Assembly: GCF_900199515.1 (NCBI RefSeq)
Contig: NZ_LT963434.1
Coordinates: 1,083,272-1,115,271 of the forward strand
Direction: 5' to 3'
Length of the DNA stretch: 32,000 bases
Source: Massilicoli timonensis
GTDB lineage: Bacteria > Bacillota_I > Bacilli_A > Erysipelotrichales > Erysipelotrichaceae
Below the pieces are notes generated by a model. That model was not told the origin of the DNA. It searched no databases and saw nothing but the letters and a program-made list of their open reading frames with translations. Positions 26,554-32,000 of this stretch are shown piece after piece. Numbering within the stretch: the first letter of the stretch is position 1; the number at the start of each line of letters is the position of its first letter. Made by a program: the position numbers and the translations under genes.

Positions 26554-27476
26554 TAAATTCCTTTGATCTGATGAAATGCGTGCTGTGCCGCGATCGCTCC
26601 ATCGCTTACCGCCGTTACGACCTGCCGCAAGTTTTTGGCACATACATCGCCTGCACCATACAAGCCCTTCACTTTCGTTTCTTTGTTGGCATCGGTAAGC
26701 AGATAGCCGTTTTCATCACACACGCCGAGTTCTTTCACAAACTCCGTAACCGGGTCTAATCCGATATAAGGGAAAATGCCCGCTACTTCCAAAGTATGCT
26801 TTTCATGCGTATCCACATCTTCATATACCAGCGCGCTGACTCTGTTTCCATCATCGATCACTTCACTTGGTACGACTTTACGCAATACCTGAATATTGTC
26901 ATATTTCGCCAATTCTTCCTGAATGATCGTATCGGCACGGAACACATCACGGCGTATCAGCAAATACACTTTTTTTGCCATCTGGGCCAAATACATCGCT
27001 TCCTCCAGCGCCGAATTGCCGCCGCCGATGACCGCGACCTCTTTCCCTTTGAAAAAAGCGCCGTCACATACCGCACAAAAGGAAATGCCTTTGCCGATAT
27101 TCGCTTCTTCATTGGGAATGTGCATCATGCGCTCTCTTGTTCCGGTTGCCACGATGACCGCTTTGGCCTCATAGCTCGTGCCGTCTTCGCAAATCACTTT
27201 TTTCCATTCGCCATGATCTTCTACTTGTACGACATTTCCATACAGATAAGCGGCCCCAAAGGCTGTGGAATGTTCAAACATCTCATAAGCCAGCTGTGCG
27301 CCCGGTGTTTCCTTGATCCCCGGCCAGTTGGCGATCTCCGCTGTTTTCAACAGCTTGCCGCCCGGTGCACCGGCTTCGATCATTGCGGTCGTCAAACCTG
27401 CCCGGCTGCCGTAAATCGCCGCCGTCATACCTGCCGGCCCGGCACCGATCACTAATAAATCGTACGATCTTCCCAT
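26553..27476 (-). CDS. trxB: thioredoxin-disulfide reductase
   Basis: ATG 27476 with SD AAAGGAGG. GAGPAG FAD motif, redox-active CAVCDG and GGGNSALEEA NADPH motif. Confidence 0.9.
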   Translation of the reverse strand: MGRSYDLLVIGAGPAGMTAAIYGSRAGLTTAMIEAGAPGGKLLKTAEIANWPGIKETPGAQLAYEMFEHSTAFGAAYLYGNVVQVEDHGEWKKVICEDGTSYEAKAVIVATGTRERMMHIPNEEANIGKGISFCAVCDGAFFKGKEVAVIGGGNSALEEAMYLAQMAKKVYLLIRRDVFRADTIIQEELAKYDNIQVLRKVVPSEVIDDGNRVSALVYEDVDTHEKHTLEVAGIFPYIGLDPVTEFVKELGVCDENGYLLTDANKETKVKGLYGAGDVCAKNLRQVVTAVSDGAIAAQHAFHQIKGI

Positions 27477-28957
27477 TCTCGATCCTCCTTTACCAGTTCG
27501 ATCAGTTCTTCCATGTGATGAATCAATGCACACGGTTTGCTTTGTGTCAATTCCGCTTCCTTCGCCTCATCAAATACACAAGCTACCGAGAAGCCGCCCA
27601 TGTTTTTCGCCGCCTGCACATCAGACGCACTGTCGCCGACATAGATCACATTGTCATGCCCGCGATATAATGCCTTACATGCTTCTAAAATACCGCTTGG
27701 ATCAGGCTTTGGCTCTTTGATCTCCTCACAGCCGATGATGACCGGGAAATACTCCTCTAAGCCAAATTTCTCCAGCCCCATCGCCACCGTATGCTTCGTC
27801 TTATTCGATACCACCGCCATCGCATAGCCGTTGCTCCGCAGATAATCCAGCGTTTCTTTTACGCCCGCAAATTCCTTCACGTAGCGATCATGCTCACGAT
27901 GGTTGTATTCTCGATAGCAGGCAATCAGTTCATCGCTCATGCTCACATCGAAATAACGCGCAAACGACTGCTTCAGCGTCGGTCCTAAAAAAGACTGCAG
28001 TTCTTCTTCACTCAGCGTATGATCCGGTTTATACTGTGCAAACACATGGCGGAACGACTGAAAGATCAATTCTTTCGTATCCACCAAAGTACCATCCAGA
28101 TCGAAGAGCACGACCGGTTTTTCCTTGCGCCATGGATAGAACTTCGCAAACATTTTGTTCCATACACCTAATATACCACAAACCCCGAACAAAACGCCAA
28201 TGACAGACACTGCCTGCGCCACTCGAATACCGCCAAACATCAAGGAATCGGTACGCAGTCCTTCTACGAAAAAGCGCACCATGCCATACCACGCGATATA
28301 AGCATACGCCAGATCCCCGCGTTTCTTGCGTCCATATTTGCGATACACAAACATGATCAAGATAAAGCCGATGAGGTTGCCGATCCCTTCATACAAAAAC
28401 GTCGGCATATGATAATGACCGCTGATATACATCTGGTCTTTGATAAAAGCCGGAAAATGATCGAAATACGATTCCGGTACGATTTCCCCAAACGCTTCCT
28501 GATTCATAAAGTTGCCCCAGCGGCCGATCACCTGTGCCAACATCACATGAGGCAGCGCCACATCTGCGACACGCAAGCCATCTACGCCATGCCTGCGGAA
28601 ATAAAACCAGCCGAATCCGATCGCCGCCAATAAGCCGCCGTGAATCGCCAGACCGCCTTCCCAAACATAGAATACCTTGACCCAATTATCCGCATACTGT
28701 TCCCACTCAAACAGGACGTACCAGATCCTGGCACCGATGATCGCAATCGGAAACATCATCAAGAAATAGTTTTCAAAGATCTCATCGTCATAGCCCCATT
28801 TGCGAAAGATGCGCAGACTTAACAGATATGCCAAAAAAGCGCCGGTCAAGATCAAGACCGCATACCAGGTAATACTGAGACTACCAAATGACACAAATGT
28901 TTTCATATCGGGAAAAAACGCCAAATCAAAATTCATATGCCTCATCCTCTCTATCAT
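27452..28957 (-). CDS. lgt: fusion protein: prolipoprotein diacylglyceryl transferase (Lgt) plus a HAD-family phosphatase (PpaX-like)
   Basis: 501 aa. The N-terminal ~270 aa are polytopic Lgt (GGLAIHGG, GRWGNFMNQEAFG). The C-terminal ~215 aa are HAD (LFDLDGTLVDT, VVSNK, YVGDSASDVQAA). The likely true start is ATG 28936. Confidence 0.85.
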   Translation of the reverse strand: MIERMRHMNFDLAFFPDMKTFVSFGSLSITWYAVLILTGAFLAYLLSLRIFRKWGYDDEIFENYFLMMFPIAIIGARIWYVLFEWEQYADNWVKVFYVWEGGLAIHGGLLAAIGFGWFYFRRHGVDGLRVADVALPHVMLAQVIGRWGNFMNQEAFGEIVPESYFDHFPAFIKDQMYISGHYHMPTFLYEGIGNLIGFILIMFVYRKYGRKKRGDLAYAYIAWYGMVRFFVEGLRTDSLMFGGIRVAQAVSVIGVLFGVCGILGVWNKMFAKFYPWRKEKPVVLFDLDGTLVDTKELIFQSFRHVFAQYKPDHTLSEEELQSFLGPTLKQSFARYFDVSMSDELIACYREYNHREHDRYVKEFAGVKETLDYLRSNGYAMAVVSNKTKHTVAMGLEKFGLEEYFPVIIGCEEIKEPKPDPSGILEACKALYRGHDNVIYVGDSASDVQAAKNMGGFSVACVFDEAKEAELTQSKPCALIHHMEELIELVKEDREWEDRTIY

Positions 28958-28992
28958 AAAAAGCAGTTCACGTTGCTCATGAACCGCTTTGC

Positions 28993-29937
28993 TTAACGTG
29001 CTGTTTTCGCATTCTCTGCGATATATTCCAGAACCCGCGCCTCAAATTCCTTCGCACTGTTCATTCCCATTTCACTCAAGGTAAAATTGGTAACGGCAGA
29101 TTCGATGATCACCGCCATCGAACGTCCTTCACGCACCGGAATGACCAGTTTCGGTATCTGGATATCCAAGATGTCCTCATATTTCTTTTCTTCGATTCCC
29201 ACTCGGTCATAATCCGCACGATCATTCCACTTTTCCAGGTACACCTCAAAATCAATATCGACATTAGGCAATACATAACTGGCGCCAAACATTCGCGATA
29301 CATTGATGATCCCGATACCGCGGATCTCCAGCATCCCCTGCAGTAACTGCGGCGAACGACCATTGATATGGTTATGCACCCGATAGCAGTCGACCCGATC
29401 ATCCGCCACCAGCATATGGCCGCGGCGGATCAGCTCCAAGGCAATCTCGCTTTTTCCCATTCCGCTGGTTCCGCGGATCAAGACCCCTTTGCCATAGATG
29501 CTCATCAAAACGCCATGTACGCAGATCGCCGGCGCAAGTACCTCATCCAAATACGTGATCATCATGATGATCAAACGAAAGGTCGGCAGCGTCGAACGAA
29601 AGATCGGGAAGTTTTTTGCCTTTGCGATCTCCATTAAGATGGGCGGACACTGATGCCCTTTTGAGATCACCAGTCCCGGCGTGTTGTCATGCGTGATAAA
29701 ATCAAATGAAATACGCTGTTTTTCTTCACTCATCGTTGCAATATAAGCGATTTCCTTATCGCCTAGTACAACGATTCGCTTCGCCTGTGAATAATCGAAA
29801 AAGCCGGCCAGCTCCAACCCGGGACGATTGGTGTCCGCAATGACGATCTCACGATCCAAACTGCGCTCATCTCCGCACAGCTGTTCAAACTGAAACTTCT
29901 CCTGTAAGCATCTGACACTCGCTGTTTTTTCTTCCAT
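28993..29937 (-). CDS. hprK: HPr kinase/phosphorylase
   Basis: 314 aa. Walker A GTSGMGKSE, LVADD and LEIRGIGIINV signature. Confidence 0.9.
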   Translation of the reverse strand: MEEKTASVRCLQEKFQFEQLCGDERSLDREIVIADTNRPGLELAGFFDYSQAKRIVVLGDKEIAYIATMSEEKQRISFDFITHDNTPGLVISKGHQCPPILMEIAKAKNFPIFRSTLPTFRLIIMMITYLDEVLAPAICVHGVLMSIYGKGVLIRGTSGMGKSEIALELIRRGHMLVADDRVDCYRVHNHINGRSPQLLQGMLEIRGIGIINVSRMFGASYVLPNVDIDFEVYLEKWNDRADYDRVGIEEKKYEDILDIQIPKLVIPVREGRSMAVIIESAVTNFTLSEMGMNSAKEFEARVLEYIAENAKTAR

Positions 29938-30001
29938 AGCAGTTCCTTTCCATCTCGTTACTATGATTACAGACTACACTGAAATTAGTCTGAAACTACG
30001 A

Positions 30002-32000
30002 TCATTTCTTTAATACCTTCTGTAAATACTGACCCGTATAAGAGGCTTTCACCTGCGCAATTTCCTCCGGTGTTCCGCAGGCGACGATATTGCCGCCTTC
30101 ATCTCCGCCCTCCGGACCAATATCAATAATATAATCTGCACATTTGATAATGTCAAGATTATGCTCGATCACGATGACCGTATCGCCGTTATCCACAATG
30201 CGCTGCAATACCTCTAACAGCTTTGCCACATCGGCGGTATGCAAGCCCGTCGTCGGTTCATCTAGCAGAAACAGCGTTTTCCCGGTCGCCTTCTTCTGCA
30301 GCTCACTGGCAAGCTTCACTCGCTGTGCTTCGCCGCCGGATAAGGTGGTAGCGCTCTGTCCTAATTTGATATAGCCTAATCCGACATCTTTTAAGATCTG
30401 CAGTTTATGTTTGATCTTATGTACACTGGAAAAGAAGGAAATTCCTTCTTCCACGCTCATTTCCAGTACATCGTAAATATTTTTCCCTTTATAAGTAACC
30501 TGCAATGTCTCTTCATTATAGCGTTTTCCGCCGCATTCCTCGCAAGGTACGAATACATCCGGCAAAAAGTGCATGGAAATACGCAGGATCCCATCACCCT
30601 GACACGCTTCACAGCGGCCGCCTTTCACATTGAAGGAAAAACGCCCTTTTTCATAACCGCGCATTTTTGCTTCCGGCGTTTGCGCAAACAGATCGCGGAT
30701 ATCGTCAAATACACCGGTATAAGTTGCCGGATTGGAACGCGGCGTACGGCCGATCGGATCTTGGGAAATATCAATGATCTTATCAATATGCTCTAAGCCT
30801 TTGATCTTTTTATGCTTGCCCGGCTTGATTCGCACTCTGCCCAGCGCATGCGCAACGCCTTTGGAAAGCACTTCTGTGACCAAAGAGGATTTTCCGCTGC
30901 CGCTTACCCCGGTTACGACCGTAAAGGTGCCAAGGGGAATCGTCGCATTGACATGTTTTAAGTTGTTCTCATAAGCGTCAACGATCTGTAACTTCTTGCC
31001 GTTGCCTTTGCGGCGGTCTTTCGGCACTTCAATGCGTTTGCGCCCAGACAGATAAGCGCCGGTGATCGAATGTTCATTCGCCATCACTTCTTCCGGTGTA
31101 CCTGCCGCTACCACTTCTCCGCCATGCACGCCGGCACCCGGTCCGATGTCAATGATATAATCGCTGGCACGCATCGTGTCCTCATCATGTTCTACTACGA
31201 TCAAGGAGTTGCCTAAATCACGCATATTTTTCAAAGAGTTGATCAAGCGGTCATTATCGCGCTGATGCAAGCCGATGCTTGGTTCATCTAGCACATACAG
31301 CACTCCGCTTAAATGCGAACCGATCTGCGTAGCCAAACGAATACGCTGCGCTTCACCGCCTGATAACGTGCCGGCTAAACGATCCAGCGTCAAATATGCC
31401 AGCCCTACATCATTTAAGAAGCTCAGACGCTCCTTGATTTCCTTTAAGATCAATCGCGCAATATCCGTCTGCTGCTTCGTTAATTGCAGTTCCTCCATAA
31501 ACTGCAAAGCCTGCTTGACCGACATCTGCGTCCATTCATAAATATTCTTGCCGCCGACATACACTGCCAATGCCTGTTCATTCAAGCGTTTCCCGCCGCA
31601 GTCAGGACATGGCGCTTCCGCTAAAAAGCTCGCATACCACTCTCTTGCCATCGACGAGGTCGTTTCCAGATGGCGGCGTTCGATCAGCGTACAAACACCT
31701 TCGATCACTTCATATTTATCCATATAGCCGGAACGTGTCCTGATCTGATAGCGGATCGGCTCATCCGCACCATATAAAATATAGCGCATTTCTTTTTTGC
31801 TGAGCTCCTTGATCGGCTTATCCAGATCGATCTGATAATGCTCGCAAAGCGCACGAAACCGCTGCCATTCGATATTGTCCTTGGCAATGATGTTTTTATA
31901 ATACGTGATGCCGCCCTCGCGAATGCTGAGCGAACGGTTCGGAATCAGATAATCGACATCCACCTTCATCGTAATCCCAAGCCCCTTGCAGGTCGGACAT
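30002..32000 (-). CDS. uvrA: excinuclease ABC subunit UvrA (C-terminal ~665 aa; 5' end beyond window)
   Basis: The frame stays open to nt 32000 (upstream codons read ...[10 protein letters not shown]). Contains ABC signature LSGGEAQR twice, Walker [10 protein letters not shown] and the zinc finger CEACQGDG...CEECGG. Confidence 0.92.
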   Translation of the reverse strand, partial: CPTCKGLGITMKVDVDYLIPNRSLSIREGGITYYKNIIAKDNIEWQRFRALCEHYQIDLDKPIKELSKKEMRYILYGADEPIRYQIRTRSGYMDKYEVIEGVCTLIERRHLETTSSMAREWYASFLAEAPCPDCGGKRLNEQALAVYVGGKNIYEWTQMSVKQALQFMEELQLTKQQTDIARLILKEIKERLSFLNDVGLAYLTLDRLAGTLSGGEAQRIRLATQIGSHLSGVLYVLDEPSIGLHQRDNDRLINSLKNMRDLGNSLIVVEHDEDTMRASDYIIDIGPGAGVHGGEVVAAGTPEEVMANEHSITGAYLSGRKRIEVPKDRRKGNGKKLQIVDAYENNLKHVNATIPLGTFTVVTGVSGSGKSSLVTEVLSKGVAHALGRVRIKPGKHKKIKGLEHIDKIIDISQDPIGRTPRSNPATYTGVFDDIRDLFAQTPEAKMRGYEKGRFSFNVKGGRCEACQGDGILRISMHFLPDVFVPCEECGGKRYNEETLQVTYKGKNIYDVLEMSVEEGISFFSSVHKIKHKLQILKDVGLGYIKLGQSATTLSGGEAQRVKLASELQKKATGKTLFLLDEPTTGLHTADVAKLLEVLQRIVDNGDTVIVIEHNLDIIKCADYIIDIGPEGGDEGGNIVACGTPEEIAQVKASYTGQYLQKVLKK

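Noticed and set aside
26796-27455. 219-aa plus-strand ORF and other plus-strand ORFs opposite trxB, lgt, hprK and uvrA (e.g. 27791-27988, 29368-29637, 30407-30796)
   Set aside because: They are antisense to highly conserved housekeeping genes with unambiguous motifs and have no independent support.

Overview
This 32-kb window comes from a low-GC Firmicute (Bacillota) chromosome and carries two nested mobile elements, followed by ordinary core genes. All family calls were made by recognising motifs by eye; no database search or RNA folding was possible.

(1) nt 1 to ~8813 is the right-hand part of element E1; its left end lies outside the window. It encodes YodL/DUF4316-like and TTRAP conjugative-element proteins, a relaxase with MobC, and an XRE regulator. 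Next comes a visibly AT-rich cargo cassette: a promoter, an 8-codon leader ORF, a strong intrinsic terminator, a Cys-rich KTR zinc ribbon and an RlmN/Cfr-family radical-SAM rRNA methyl synthase. Downstream are sigma-70 and HTH_16 genes (Tn916 orf7/orf8-like), a 455-bp highly structured non-coding stretch, TnpW, and a large serine recombinase whose stop codon abuts the element end.

(2) ~8814 to ~19268 is element E2, with every gene on the minus strand. E1 cuts E2's own serine recombinase gene after about codon 62. The remaining genes are TnpW, a DnaC-like ATPase, a RepA_N-like initiator containing five internal 23-bp iterons, Cys-rich VLP, a relaxase and MobC. They are followed by a small membrane protein, HTH_16, a sigma factor with an in-frame TAG, a class I SAM methyltransferase, a membrane-anchored XRE regulator, and tet(W) with a leader/attenuator. 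E2 has truncated a host OmpR-type response-regulator gene.

(3) 19.3-32 kb holds ordinary core genes: two DegV, YigZ, XRE, an SNase-like membrane protein, WhiA, YvcK, RapZ, TrxB, an Lgt-HAD fusion, HprK/P and a partial UvrA.

The most interesting items are the attenuator-gated KTR + RlmN/Cfr-like cassette, a candidate undescribed inducible mobile rRNA-methylation module, and the insertion of one element into the recombinase gene of another.
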